From assembly GCA_964504715.1 (NCBI GenBank), contig CAZDEP010000004.1:8542-72541 (forward strand): DNA of 64,000 nucleotides, given 5' to 3'. This DNA comes from an uncultured Candidatus Saccharibacteria bacterium. GTDB lineage: Bacteria > Patescibacteriota > Doudnabacteria > UBA920. A model generated the notes under the pieces. It saw nothing but the letters and a program-made list of their open reading frames with translations, had not been told where the DNA came from and searched no databases. Below, one piece after another: positions 1 through 9,852 of the stretch. Made by a program: the position numbers and the translations under genes. The stretch's first letter is position 1, and each line of letters opens with the position of its first letter.

Positions 1-145
1 AGACTTAAAAAACAAGGCTACCGAGCAAAGTATTGCCGGCGCCTTGGACAACTTAACAAAATAACTCCCCGAAGGGAGCTATTAAACTATCGATTGATTA
101 CCCATAGTTTAACATACTTCCCTTTCGGGCACAAGAGGCAACCTT

Positions 146-1321
146 ATGAACACACAAGTTCAAACAGCCGTGAGACCGGCTATACAAACATCTCAAGATC
201 CGCTGGCGGATAATTTCTTTACGCCAGTGGGAAACACCAAACCATTCTATAAAGCAGCGTTCGAGGGTTTCGCTGGCACGGGCAAAACATACACCATGGC
301 TCTCATAGTCCTTGGTCTGTGTAAAAAACTCGGAATAAAGCGAGCGGTTATGTTCGATACCGAACGAGCGGCTAAATATCTGGAAAAAATGTTTGCGGCG
401 GCAGGCATTGAGCTCTTAATTAGAAATAGCAGGACGTTAGTCGACTTAACCAAAACAATGGATAAATGTGATGAAGGCTTTTCGGCTATTCTCATCATCG
501 ATTCTATTTCCCATGTCTGGGAAGATACGGTCGAGGCATACAAGAAAAAGTATAATCGCACCGGCTTGCAGTTTCAGGATTGGGGCGTGCTCAAGCCGCT
601 GTGGAAGAGAGAGTTTGCCGACCGATTGGTCAACGGCAAATATCACATCTTAATGTCCGGCCGTGCTGGCTTTGAGTATGAAAACGAAGTTAACGAACAA
701 ACCGGTAAGCGGGAAATCTATAAGTCCGGCGTAAAGATGAAAGTTGAAGGCGAAACCGCCTATGAACCGGACATGCTGGTTTTAATGGAACGCTTTGAGG
801 AAATCTTAGGGAAGGATAAAAAGATTTACCGCCAAGCCACCATTATTAAAGATCGCTCGGGATTAATCGACGGCAAAACTTTTAAGAATCCGGAGTATAA
901 GGATTTCGAGCCAGTCCTTCTGGATCTGCTGGAAAATCCTCAATCGCTTGTGACTGAACCGGAAACCGATAGCACAGGATTATTCCGCACCGAGGAAGAT
1001 AAATACCAATACATCAATGACAAGAAAATCTGCCTTGAGGAAATCGAAGGGCAATTAGTTAAGGCATGGCCATCAACCGGAGCTGCTGACAAAAAGACCA
1101 AGATGGATGTTTTAGAGCAGATCTTTGGGACCCGCAGCTGGCTGGCAGTCGAGCAAAAAGGCTTGGATGCTTTGAAAAAAGGTTTAAGCGAAATTAAGCA
1201 GATTGTTGAAGTGGAAGTCAAAAAACAATTTCCTGACGTTCCGCCGGTAAAGGAAGGCGGAAGTGAAGCGGCTAAGAAAATTCGCGCTGGCATTGAAAAG
1301 ACTAAAGGTAAAAAGGAATGA
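146..1321 (+). CDS. RecA-like AAA ATPase (AAA_24 / Sak4-like phage recombination ATPase)
   Basis: Walker A GFAGTGKT and Walker B ILIIDSISHVW; acidic or K-rich C-terminus; phage replication-module context. Confidence 0.55.
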   Translation: MNTQVQTAVRPAIQTSQDPLADNFFTPVGNTKPFYKAAFEGFAGTGKTYTMALIVLGLCKKLGIKRAVMFDTERAAKYLEKMFAAAGIELLIRNSRTLVDLTKTMDKCDEGFSAILIIDSISHVWEDTVEAYKKKYNRTGLQFQDWGVLKPLWKREFADRLVNGKYHILMSGRAGFEYENEVNEQTGKREIYKSGVKMKVEGETAYEPDMLVLMERFEEILGKDKKIYRQATIIKDRSGLIDGKTFKNPEYKDFEPVLLDLLENPQSLVTEPETDSTGLFRTEEDKYQYINDKKICLEEIEGQLVKAWPSTGAADKKTKMDVLEQIFGTRSWLAVEQKGLDALKKGLSEIKQIVEVEVKKQFPDVPPVKEGGSEAAKKIRAGIEKTKGKKE

Positions 1322-1575
1322 AAAAAGAATTACTTAAAGATTTACACAGGCTGAAAAACCAGAACGTGAGGCAGCTGGTTGAGGAAGTTCTCGCTCCGGA
1401 AGTAATCGACCATATAAACGATTATGCAGGTGGCATGATGGGAAAGATTCAGGTTGACCTGAATGATAAAGAAGCCTTATTTGCCATGGAGGTTTTGGAG
1501 GAAGCACATGTGAAGGAATTAATTTACTTCCTGCGTATGTGGCTTAAGGGCAAACAGGCTCTAAAAATTAAATAA
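1318..1575 (+). CDS. hypothetical phage protein
   Basis: ORF overlaps the upstream stop by 4 nt (ATGA-type coupling). Confidence 0.35.
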   Translation: MKKELLKDLHRLKNQNVRQLVEEVLAPEVIDHINDYAGGMMGKIQVDLNDKEALFAMEVLEEAHVKELIYFLRMWLKGKQALKIK

Positions 1576-1811
1576 CCGGTTATTGGCTCTCGACCCGCTT
1601 CCTTTGTCGCGAGAGCGCAAGGGCAGCGGGATGGAGATCTAATTATATGGACTACGATCAGCAAATTGAAAAAATGTATCATCCGGAAAACTTTGAGAAG
1701 CCGGACGACTCTGAAACCGAAGATTAAATAAAAATCTAACTTTTAAGTTGCCCAAAGCTCAGCAAGCTGATCAACCCTTCAGCTTGCTCCCCTCGGGAAC
1801 CCGTCACTCCC

Positions 1812-2288
1812 ATGACTGCCAAACTCAAAAGAATGGATCAACCCAAGTATTCGAGAAACGGCAAAGTCTGCTTTCAAAGACTTTATTTTGAGCTGGAAGA
1901 TGGCAGTTGGGCGGCCACGGACCTTGTTCCCTCATACAGGAATTACAAATGGTGGGAACCGGTGATTAAATCCGGCATTGGCACTGAAATCGGCGGCATA
2001 TTTTTAAAGGATGGTTATCGGGACAAAATCAACGCCGACAGTCAGGTTTATATTCTCCAGGCTCCATTGCTTAAACAACCCCAGCCGGAACCTGAGTTCC
2101 AGCCCCGGACATACAGCTTTCCGAGTTTTACCAACCCAAAAAAATCATACGAAGTTAATTACCATAACGGTATCGCGCAGTGCACTTGTTTTGACTTTAA
2201 ATACCGCAATAGAAAATGCAAACATATTAAAGAACTGGAAAAGCAAAAGTCAGCTGAAATTAAAAAACATCAAACGGTATTATTTTAA
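1812..2288 (+). CDS. SWIM zinc-finger protein
   Basis: C-terminal CTCFDFKYRNRKCKHI matches the SWIM CxCxnCxH pattern. Confidence 0.5.
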   Translation: MTAKLKRMDQPKYSRNGKVCFQRLYFELEDGSWAATDLVPSYRNYKWWEPVIKSGIGTEIGGIFLKDGYRDKINADSQVYILQAPLLKQPQPEPEFQPRTYSFPSFTNPKKSYEVNYHNGIAQCTCFDFKYRNRKCKHIKELEKQKSAEIKKHQTVLF

Positions 2289-2294
2289 ACTCTT

Positions 2295-2798
2295 ATGTTT
2301 TATATCCAAATCTCAAATGGGCTACTGCAAGGCGCGCACCGCAAGCAAATGGGCGAAGCGGTGTGGGAGTTCATGTGGTGCATTGATAAAATCACCAAGG
2401 TCGACGAGGATGGTTGCGGCTGGGTCTTGGGAGGCAAGCCTATCAAGCTCAAGTCATTGACCGATGAAATGGGAGTTCACGCTACCACCGTTAGTCGCAA
2501 TTTAAACAAGTTGCAAAAGTTCGGCTATTTAGGTCTAGTGCGAACTCCTTATGGAATAAAAATTAAGATAAATAAGGCTAAAAAGATTTTCAAAAAGAAT
2601 AAAGGCAACGCTGTGGAAAAGCCTGGGGACAATAAAAAGAGATTTAGCACAAACGCAACGAGATTTAGCGTTTCTGCTAAATCTAATATAAGACAGTTGC
2701 ACCAGAGGACAGAATATAAATATTCCATAAAACCTGACATGAAAAATTTAAAAAAACTGCAAAGCATTAAACAAACAAACCCAATAAAAGCCATATGA
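2295..2798 (+). CDS. helix-turn-helix DNA-binding protein (replication or regulatory)
   Basis: Segment TTVSRNLNKLQKFGYLGL is HTH-like; basic C-terminal tail. Confidence 0.4.
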   Translation: MFYIQISNGLLQGAHRKQMGEAVWEFMWCIDKITKVDEDGCGWVLGGKPIKLKSLTDEMGVHATTVSRNLNKLQKFGYLGLVRTPYGIKIKINKAKKIFKKNKGNAVEKPGDNKKRFSTNATRFSVSAKSNIRQLHQRTEYKYSIKPDMKNLKKLQSIKQTNPIKAI

Positions 2799-3439
2799 CA
2801 AATAAAAACAAAATCATTTTAGACTTATGCGGCGGGACTGGTAGTTGGAGTAAACCTTACCGAGACGCTGGGTATGACGTAAGGGTTATTACTCTGCCGA
2901 ACAACGATGTTAGGCTGTTTAATCCGCCAACACAAGTCTACGGAATCTTAGCAGCACCGCCTTGTCCGCAATTCAGCTTTGCCCGCACCAATGCTAAAAC
3001 GCTTAGAGATTTACAAGGTTCAATGGAAATTGTTTTTGCCTGTTTAAGAATTATTTGGCAGGTGCAGTATAAGCCAGTCAGTAATACGGCAAAATATACC
3101 CGCTTAAAATTTTGGGCTTTAGAAAATCCTTATTTCGGACTGCTAAAGAATTTTATCGGTAAGCCAGGTTTTGTGTTTGACCCATGGGAGTTTGGGGACG
3201 GTTATCAGAAACGCACCGCTTTATGGGGAAACTTTAACGAACCGAAAAAGAATCCGGTGCCGATGACTAAAAAGGCAAAGATGAAAGCAAAAACCAATTC
3301 TTATTTACATACGATTAAATTTGATTCCATGAAAAGTAAGGATATTCACCCAGAATCGTTTGGTGAACTTGATCGTCCGGCGCGCAGAGCTATAACCCCT
3401 CAAGGATTCGCCCAAACATTTTTTAAAGCTAATAATTAA
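2795..3439 (+). CDS. small C5-cytosine DNA methyltransferase-like protein
   Basis: Motif I LDLCGGTGSWS, motif IV PPCPQFS (PCQ box), ENP (ENV-like) motif; only 214 aa so the target-recognition region is minimal. Confidence 0.55.
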   Translation: MTNKNKIILDLCGGTGSWSKPYRDAGYDVRVITLPNNDVRLFNPPTQVYGILAAPPCPQFSFARTNAKTLRDLQGSMEIVFACLRIIWQVQYKPVSNTAKYTRLKFWALENPYFGLLKNFIGKPGFVFDPWEFGDGYQKRTALWGNFNEPKKNPVPMTKKAKMKAKTNSYLHTIKFDSMKSKDIHPESFGELDRPARRAITPQGFAQTFFKANN

Positions 3440-3449
3440 ATCAAAATTT

Positions 3450-3680
3450 ATGAAATACGAAGATTACAAAACTGAAAACGAACGGGAGCAAGAAACTATT
3501 CGGCACTTAATTAATTTTAAAAACAAGCACGGATACAGTCCCAGTTACTCTGACTTGGCTAGCTTAATGGGCATCAGCAAAGGACGGGTGGCGCAAATAA
3601 TCTGGAACTTGGAAGCCAAAAAAATTATCACCAAGGATGGCAACAAAGCACGGACAATTCAGGTATTGTTGAAAGTTTAA
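3450..3680 (+). CDS. LexA-N-terminal-like winged-HTH regulator
   Basis: YSPSYSDLASLMGISKGRVAQII resembles the LexA DNA-binding domain. Confidence 0.4.
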   Translation: MKYEDYKTENEREQETIRHLINFKNKHGYSPSYSDLASLMGISKGRVAQIIWNLEAKKIITKDGNKARTIQVLLKV

Positions 3681-3913
3681 CTTTGTTTTTAAAACCGGCA
3701 ATGGTCGAAGCCGTGCATTAATTTTGAAGGAGAATGAAACTATGAGCGACGAAAACGTTGACCAAAACACTGGTTCTACCCCAGCTGCCGAAAACAGCGA
3801 GCAAACCGGTGATCAGTCAGGTCAGGATAACTCCGGCCAGTCTAGTGAACAAAGCAATTAAATGGTAAGGTATCCGGCCTTGCTTCTAAAGTGAGGCCGG
3901 AGGTTAAAACTTT

Positions 3914-5176
3914 ATGGAACTCAATATAAATTGGACAGTAGAAAAACGCAAGACTTCAGATTTAAAATTTTGGGAAGACAACCCCAGAAGTATTTCCCCT
4001 GCTGCCTTACAACAGCTGCGAGCTAAAATCATTTCCAAAGGGTTGCATGCGGTTTTAACCATTGATACCGACAACACGGTTTTGTCCGGTAATCAGCGCC
4101 TCACGATTGCAAGGGAGCTTGGCCTTGAGGAAGTCTGGGTCATGCTGCCTGAACGTGCCTTAACTGAGCAAGAGCGCATTGAGGTGGCACTGGAAAGCAA
4201 TATTAACGAGGGCGAATGGATTTTTAGTAAGCTCTCAAACTTTGATCAGGAGTTACTTAGGTCAATTGGTTTTAACCCCGTTCAGATTGATCGGATTTAT
4301 GATTTAAAAACCAGCGAAGATGATTTTGATGCAGATGCGGAAGCAGCTAAAATCACTGTTCCCAAATCCCAGCGTGGCGAAGTTTATAAACTTGGCAACC
4401 ACCGCCTGATGTGCGGCGATTCCACCAGCGAAGCCGATCTTAAAACATTGATGGGCGAAGAATTAGCGGATTTGGTGTTTACTGATCCGCCTTACATGGT
4501 GGATTACAAATCGCCAAGCGGAATGTCTTACAATTCCACTAGGTTTGGCGGCAGTGGCGGAAAAATCTTTAACGATAATTTAAACGAACAGGATGCTTTG
4601 CAGTTCTACATTGATGTATTAAAAAATTTAAATAAGTTTAGTAAAGATTACACTCCTATTTATTGGTGGTTTGCTAACAAAAACAATCTTATTAACCGCT
4701 TAGCTTTTGATGAGACTGGCTGGTTTATGTCGCAGGTAATAATCTGGCTTAAAAATTCAATGGTCTTTAGCCGTGGACAGGATTTTCATCGCTGTTATGA
4801 ACCGTGCATGTTCGGCTGGAAAAAAGGTAAAAAGCATTACACAGCCAGAGAAATTGCCAATTATAAAGATACCTTTGGTGCCATGGATATTGACGAGTTT
4901 CAGCATTACATAGATGTCTGGTATCAAAGGCGGGATAACACCGCTGAGTATGTTCACCCAACTCAAAAGCCGGTAAAGTTGGCAGAGCGTGCACTCAAAA
5001 AAAACTCCAAACAAGACAGTATTGTTTTAGACCTGTTTGGCGGCAGTGGCTCAACCTTAATTGCCTGTCAGCAAATGGACAGAAAGGCATATTTGATGGA
5101 ACTAGACCCTAAGTATGTGGATGTAATTATTAAGCGCTGGGAAAAGTTTACCGGAAGCGCAGCAGTAAAACTATGA
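3914..5176 (+). CDS. ParB-like nuclease domain fused to a DNA N6-adenine/N4-cytosine methyltransferase (phage orphan MTase)
   Basis: N-terminal ParB/Srx-like region; DPPY motif (VFTDPPYMVDY); C-terminal FGGSGST AdoMet motif (beta-class permutation). Confidence 0.75.
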   Translation: MELNINWTVEKRKTSDLKFWEDNPRSISPAALQQLRAKIISKGLHAVLTIDTDNTVLSGNQRLTIARELGLEEVWVMLPERALTEQERIEVALESNINEGEWIFSKLSNFDQELLRSIGFNPVQIDRIYDLKTSEDDFDADAEAAKITVPKSQRGEVYKLGNHRLMCGDSTSEADLKTLMGEELADLVFTDPPYMVDYKSPSGMSYNSTRFGGSGGKIFNDNLNEQDALQFYIDVLKNLNKFSKDYTPIYWWFANKNNLINRLAFDETGWFMSQVIIWLKNSMVFSRGQDFHRCYEPCMFGWKKGKKHYTAREIANYKDTFGAMDIDEFQHYIDVWYQRRDNTAEYVHPTQKPVKLAERALKKNSKQDSIVLDLFGGSGSTLIACQQMDRKAYLMELDPKYVDVIIKRWEKFTGSAAVKL

Positions 5177-5179
5177 CGC

Positions 5180-5686
5180 ATGAAACAAACGGATTTAAAA
5201 CCGCTTCCATCCAACATATCCAACGCAAAACTCATCCTGGCATACCATGCGCTGGCTACTGAACTATGGTATTTCGGCTATGGTTCGGAGTTCATTTCAG
5301 ACAAGATTTTTGCTATGTATAAGCAGAGATTTGCCGAAAGCACGATCAGGTGGTGGTTCTGTAAAGATGGCCCCTTGCGGGGTTATTACGACCAATATGC
5401 GTTGGACATGAACGAGACCTTGAGAAACAAAGCCGTTAACCTGTTTATGGCTAATGTAGATAAGGCAGCTGGGTCACTGGCTAAGGCTATGAATGGCGAG
5501 GGTAACAGCGCCATGGTTGAGGCAGCTAAAGAGTGGCTTAATCGTTCCTTGGGTAAGGTGCCAGATAAGTTTCAGGGAGCCTTGGTGCATGGCACGTTTG
5601 CTGAATGGATGAAAGCGGAGGCATTAAAAAACCAAGAACAAAATGGACAATTTCAACCTGAAGACTCTCCAGAAAAAACCGATTAA
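5180..5686 (+). CDS. hypothetical; possible terminase small subunit by position
   Basis: Immediately upstream of and overlapping the terminase large subunit; no motif recognised. Confidence 0.3.
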   Translation: MKQTDLKPLPSNISNAKLILAYHALATELWYFGYGSEFISDKIFAMYKQRFAESTIRWWFCKDGPLRGYYDQYALDMNETLRNKAVNLFMANVDKAAGSLAKAMNGEGNSAMVEAAKEWLNRSLGKVPDKFQGALVHGTFAEWMKAEALKNQEQNGQFQPEDSPEKTD

Positions 5687-7001
5687 CTTTTTTCAAGCCG
5701 CTTGGCCGGAGATTTATTTGTGGGACAGGTTGGAAGAGATACTACAGTCTGTGGTGATCAATCGTCGAGTTGTAGTGCCTTCGGGGCATGGCATTGGCAA
5801 GACATGGTTATTGGCGCGCATTGCTTTGTGGTTTCTTTACTGTTTTTATCCCAGCAAAGTTATTACCAGTGCTCCGACATGGTCGCAGGTGGAGTTATTG
5901 TTGTGGTCGGAAATCAAGCATGCTTATTCCACTTGTCAGTTTCCGTTAGGCGGCCGAATCTTGGATACCCAGTTAAAAATTGAAAACGATTGGTTTGCCA
6001 TTGGGCTTTCTACCAGAGGCAAGGCCAAGGAACGAGAATTCGGCACGCCAAAGTTTCAAGGATTCCATAGTGAAAACTTGTTGGTGCTACTTGATGAGGG
6101 ACCCGGTATTGAACCGGAAATTTGGACATCAGTGGAAACCTTGATTACCGGCAGCAATAACAAAATCGTGGCTATTGGCAACCCCACTTCCCCGTCTGGC
6201 AAGTTCTATGATGCTTGTAAATCTCCTTTGTGGAAAAAAATAGAAATATCCAGTTTTGATCATCCTAACATCAAAACTAGTAAAATCATTATTCCCGGAG
6301 CAGTAACTAACGAGTGGATTGAAGAGCGCAGGAAAGAGTGGGGTGAAGATAGCCCGCTATGGCAGGCTAAAGTCTTGGGTCAATTTCCGGATGAAGGCGA
6401 TGATACTTTAATTCCCTTGTCTTGGGCGGAGGCTTGCGTAGGCCTTGATTTGGGAACTGAAGGTGAAAAGAGACTAGGAGTTGACGTAGCCAGATACGGC
6501 AGCGACATGACTGTGTTCTGCACTGTGCTTGGGAAAACCGTTTTACCTTTGGAAGCAGTAAATAAAAAGGATACGAACTTTACCATTGGCAGAGTCAGGG
6601 TATTAAATAACCAGCATGATTTTAATCATATTGGCATTGATGATACCGGAGTTGGGGGCGGCGTAACTGATGGTCTGAAAGAAGGCCAAAGGAATGTAGT
6701 AGGTATTAACTTTGGCGAATCGGCCATTGAAAACGAGCGGTTTGAAAACAGGAAAGCGGAATTATTTTGGGTGCTGCGGGAAATCATTAGAGACAAGCAA
6801 ATTAGTTTACCGGATGACAAAGAATTGATTAATCAACTATGCGGAATTAAATACAGTTATTCGAGGCATGGAAAAATTAAGATTGAAAGCAAGGATGAAT
6901 TAAAAAAGCGCGGACTAAAATCACCCGATAAAGCCGATGCGCTTGCTATTGCTCTCGCTAAACAGGCTAAAATAATAATTCCTAACATTAGAATTTTATG
7001 A
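5643..7001 (+). CDS. terminase large subunit
   Basis: Walker A PSGHGIGKTW, Walker B LLVLLDEGPGI, C-terminal nuclease-like acidic residues. Confidence 0.8.
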   Translation: MDNFNLKTLQKKPINFFQAAWPEIYLWDRLEEILQSVVINRRVVVPSGHGIGKTWLLARIALWFLYCFYPSKVITSAPTWSQVELLLWSEIKHAYSTCQFPLGGRILDTQLKIENDWFAIGLSTRGKAKEREFGTPKFQGFHSENLLVLLDEGPGIEPEIWTSVETLITGSNNKIVAIGNPTSPSGKFYDACKSPLWKKIEISSFDHPNIKTSKIIIPGAVTNEWIEERRKEWGEDSPLWQAKVLGQFPDEGDDTLIPLSWAEACVGLDLGTEGEKRLGVDVARYGSDMTVFCTVLGKTVLPLEAVNKKDTNFTIGRVRVLNNQHDFNHIGIDDTGVGGGVTDGLKEGQRNVVGINFGESAIENERFENRKAELFWVLREIIRDKQISLPDDKELINQLCGIKYSYSRHGKIKIESKDELKKRGLKSPDKADALAIALAKQAKIIIPNIRIL

Positions 7002-7210
7002 TTATTCAATGCCCTTATTGCAATACTCCGTTAATGAAAGGCATGGAGGAGCTGCGACATTTGGCCGTAAATTTCAGTTTTGAAACTAAATGCGCGCATT
7101 GCCAAAAAATGGTAACAGTCGAATTACTATTTGAGCGCATTGTTATTATCAATCAGGAACATAAAACAACCAAGCTCGGCCCGGACAGCATTAGAATCAT
7201 TAACAATTAA
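6998..7210 (+). CDS. small zinc-ribbon protein
   Basis: CPYC...CAHC paired CxxC motifs. Confidence 0.35.
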   Translation: MIIQCPYCNTPLMKGMEELRHLAVNFSFETKCAHCQKMVTVELLFERIVIINQEHKTTKLGPDSIRIINN

Positions 7211-7222
7211 AAAAAGAAATTT

Positions 7223-7462
7223 ATGGTTCATATCGTATTGCCCTTTGATAAAAATAAAACCACGGATAAAGACAAAGCCTATAAAAAAATTATGTGGCTG
7301 TTCAAACAATACCAGCAGACGGAAGATAAAAGTAACTTGGCCGAGATTCAAGAAATAGTTAATCAGATTGATTCTCGTTTTTACATTGAGTTTCGGGTAA
7401 TCGGTGAACAACGCCCCTACCGAGTCATGTTTGTGCCGGACAGGATGAAAGGTATTAGTTAA
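7223..7462 (+). CDS. hypothetical phage protein
   Basis: ORF only. Confidence 0.3.
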   Translation: MVHIVLPFDKNKTTDKDKAYKKIMWLFKQYQQTEDKSNLAEIQEIVNQIDSRFYIEFRVIGEQRPYRVMFVPDRMKGIS

Positions 7463-7464
7463 TG

Positions 7465-7473
7465 TGGTATAAT
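7465..7473 (+). promoter_or_regulatory. extended -10 promoter (TGgTATAAT) upstream of the portal gene
   Basis: Exact TGnTATAAT; followed by a conserved leader. Confidence 0.5.
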
Positions 7474-7503
7474 ATTGGTAACAATTTAACTTTAAAGCTT
7501 ACG

Positions 7504-7546
7504 GGCTTATTGGTTTGCTCTCACGGGAGTAACCGGTAGGCCTTTT
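7504..7546 (+). terminator. leader hairpin plus U-tract between promoter and portal start (attenuator or antitermination target)
   Basis: ggcttattgg pairs with ccggtaggcc (G-U wobbles), followed by tttt; stem covaries with the copy at 9788-9840. Confidence 0.45.
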
Positions 7547-7552
7547 AAATTT

Positions 7553-9724
7553 ATGAAATTCTTAGACAGGTTAAAAGCGGCGGTTAAAATCACGCTGGGC
7601 GAATTGCCAAGAAACTATTATTTCGGAATGCTTGGAGGCGGCAACTCTTTAAAACGGGCTTCCGTTGAGGTTGATCCTTACGGCAATCTGGTCGGATGGG
7701 TATTCTTTGCGATCGATAAGGTGGCGCAGCGCGTGGGCGGCATAAATGTGGAGTTATTTCAGCTGGAGAAAGGCGGCAGCGTTGAGCAGGTGGACGATCA
7801 TGAATTGCTTAGCCTGATTTACCGCGCAAATCCGACCCAGACCAAATTCGACTTGTTTTACTTGACGACTTTGTATTTGAGAATTTGGGGATCGGCGCCG
7901 TGGTATTTGGAAATGAACGGCAAAAAGATAATTAATATTTGGCCGTTAAGACCAGACTTGCTTCGGGTTTTACAAAGCCAGGACGGCACGGTGACAGGTT
8001 ATGAATATCGGGTGGGTGTCATGCACGAAACCCTTAAGGCGGACGAAGTGATTAATATTCGCAAATCCAGCCCGCAAAATCCCATGATCGGCTTCAGCGT
8101 TTTACTGGCATCGGCATTGGAAATTGATGCCGATGTGGCAGCAGCGGTTTGGAATAGGCATGTGCTGGAAAACTCGGCGGAACCCGGAGGCGTGCTTACG
8201 ACCGAAGGAGGTTTAACCGATGAACAGTATAATCGTTTGGTGGAAAAATGGGAGGCAAGGTATGCCGGACCCACCAACGCAGGCAGGACGGCGATTTTGG
8301 AAGCGGGATTGAAGTATCAAAAAATTTCCCAAACCCAGCAGGAATTAGATTTCATTGAAAGCAGAAAGTTTAACCGGGACAGTATACTAACCATGCTTGG
8401 GGTGCCCAAAGCTTTGGTGATTGCCGATGACGTTAACCGCGCTAATGCCGAAGTCGCGGAGCGAGTATTTGCCAAAGAAACAATAGAACCTATCATGAGG
8501 TTAATTGTTGACCAGCTAAATGAATTTTTCGTCACAAGATTCGGCGATAATTTCTGGCTGGACTTTGAAAGCCCCGTCAGCCAAGACAGGGAGACTAAAC
8601 GTTTGGAGGCTCAAGCCGGAACTAACGTGTGGCAAACAGTCAATGAAACGAGGGCGGAATATAATTTGCCTCCGCTCGAAGGTGGCGATGAATTGTATAT
8701 GCCTTTATCGCTGGTGCCGCAGGTTGGCAGTGTTCCGGATCCGATTCAAGAACCAAAGCGGCATGTTATTTTAAAACAATCCGACACCCAATTCGTTAAC
8801 TCTAAACATAAAAAGATTAAGCAAGCCGTATTGGCCAGAAGCTACCCCAAACGAAAGTTCGTGGAAAATATCACGGAAAAAGTCGTGCAAAAGATTAGCG
8901 AAAAGCAAAAGGAAAGTAGCAATAAAATTAAGGTCAAGTTGAGGTATAAAGACGAGTTGGTAAATGTCTGGGATAATATTATTGAGGAACGTAAAATGTA
9001 TGTTAAAAAATTACCGCAACGAGCCGGTGCTTTTGAAAAGGTAATGCGTAAGTTTTTTGACGGCCAAGAAAATGAAGTTATAAAAAATTTTAATAAAGCC
9101 GGAGAGCCTAAAGGTTTGAACATTGAAGTGAAAGGCTGGATCGATAAGATACTGTTTAGGCGCAAAGATAACATTGAAGAGCTGGTAAAAGTAACGATGC
9201 CGTTGTATGAAGATAATATAAAGGAAGGCAGTCAGGATATTGCTATTCTCTTAGGCGTTGACTTGGTAGACATTATCGGCAATGCTCATGCCGTGGAATT
9301 CTTGAAAACCAAGCCCGTAAAATTTGCCGAAGCAGTCAACGATACCACATTGGAAGCTTTGAGGAATCAATTGAGCGAAGGGGTGGAGGCCGGTGAAAGC
9401 ATGGGAGAACTTGGTAATCGCATTGCCGCGGTGTTTGAGGAAGGTAGAAGCGTCAGGACGGAAACCATAGCCAGAACCGAAGTCGGCAGTGCCATGAACT
9501 TCGGCAGGAACGAGCAAATGAGCGAACAAGGCATAAAGCGCAAGCAGTGGCTGGCGATTTTCTCAAATACCCGCGAAACCCATGCCGAGGCTAACGGCCA
9601 AGTTGTGGATATCGGCGACAATTTCGTCGTAGGCGGCGAAGAATTGGCATACCCTCAAGACCCTGCGGGAAGCCCTGAAAATGTCATTAATTGTCAGTGT
9701 TCAGTCGTTCCTGTGATAGAATAA
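7553..9724 (+). CDS. portal protein fused to a head-morphogenesis (Mu F / SPP1 gp7-like) domain
   Basis: 723 aa; C-terminal ARTEVGSAMNFGRNEQ... region typical of Mu F-like minor head proteins; portal position after terminase. Confidence 0.65.
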   Translation: MKFLDRLKAAVKITLGELPRNYYFGMLGGGNSLKRASVEVDPYGNLVGWVFFAIDKVAQRVGGINVELFQLEKGGSVEQVDDHELLSLIYRANPTQTKFDLFYLTTLYLRIWGSAPWYLEMNGKKIINIWPLRPDLLRVLQSQDGTVTGYEYRVGVMHETLKADEVINIRKSSPQNPMIGFSVLLASALEIDADVAAAVWNRHVLENSAEPGGVLTTEGGLTDEQYNRLVEKWEARYAGPTNAGRTAILEAGLKYQKISQTQQELDFIESRKFNRDSILTMLGVPKALVIADDVNRANAEVAERVFAKETIEPIMRLIVDQLNEFFVTRFGDNFWLDFESPVSQDRETKRLEAQAGTNVWQTVNETRAEYNLPPLEGGDELYMPLSLVPQVGSVPDPIQEPKRHVILKQSDTQFVNSKHKKIKQAVLARSYPKRKFVENITEKVVQKISEKQKESSNKIKVKLRYKDELVNVWDNIIEERKMYVKKLPQRAGAFEKVMRKFFDGQENEVIKNFNKAGEPKGLNIEVKGWIDKILFRRKDNIEELVKVTMPLYEDNIKEGSQDIAILLGVDLVDIIGNAHAVEFLKTKPVKFAEAVNDTTLEALRNQLSEGVEAGESMGELGNRIAAVFEEGRSVRTETIARTEVGSAMNFGRNEQMSEQGIKRKQWLAIFSNTRETHAEANGQVVDIGDNFVVGGEELAYPQDPAGSPENVINCQCSVVPVIE

Positions 9725-9744
9725 TTTGCATTAGTTTTCAGGTG

Positions 9745-9753
9745 TGATATAAT
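9745..9753 (+). promoter_or_regulatory. extended -10 promoter (TGaTATAAT) upstream of the prohead protease
   Basis: Exact TGnTATAAT. Confidence 0.5.
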
Positions 9754-9787
9754 ATAAGCACAATTTAATTTTCCTCTCGAGCTTAAG

Positions 9788-9840
9788 GGCTCGGTAAAAC
9801 GATTCACACGGGAATCGGCTACCGAGCCTTTTTATTTTTT
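9788..9840 (+). terminator. leader hairpin (ggctcggta/taccgagcc) plus long U-tract
   Basis: 9-bp perfect stem enclosing cacgggaat, then tttttatttttt. Confidence 0.5.
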
Positions 9841-9852
9841 CTAAATAACTTT

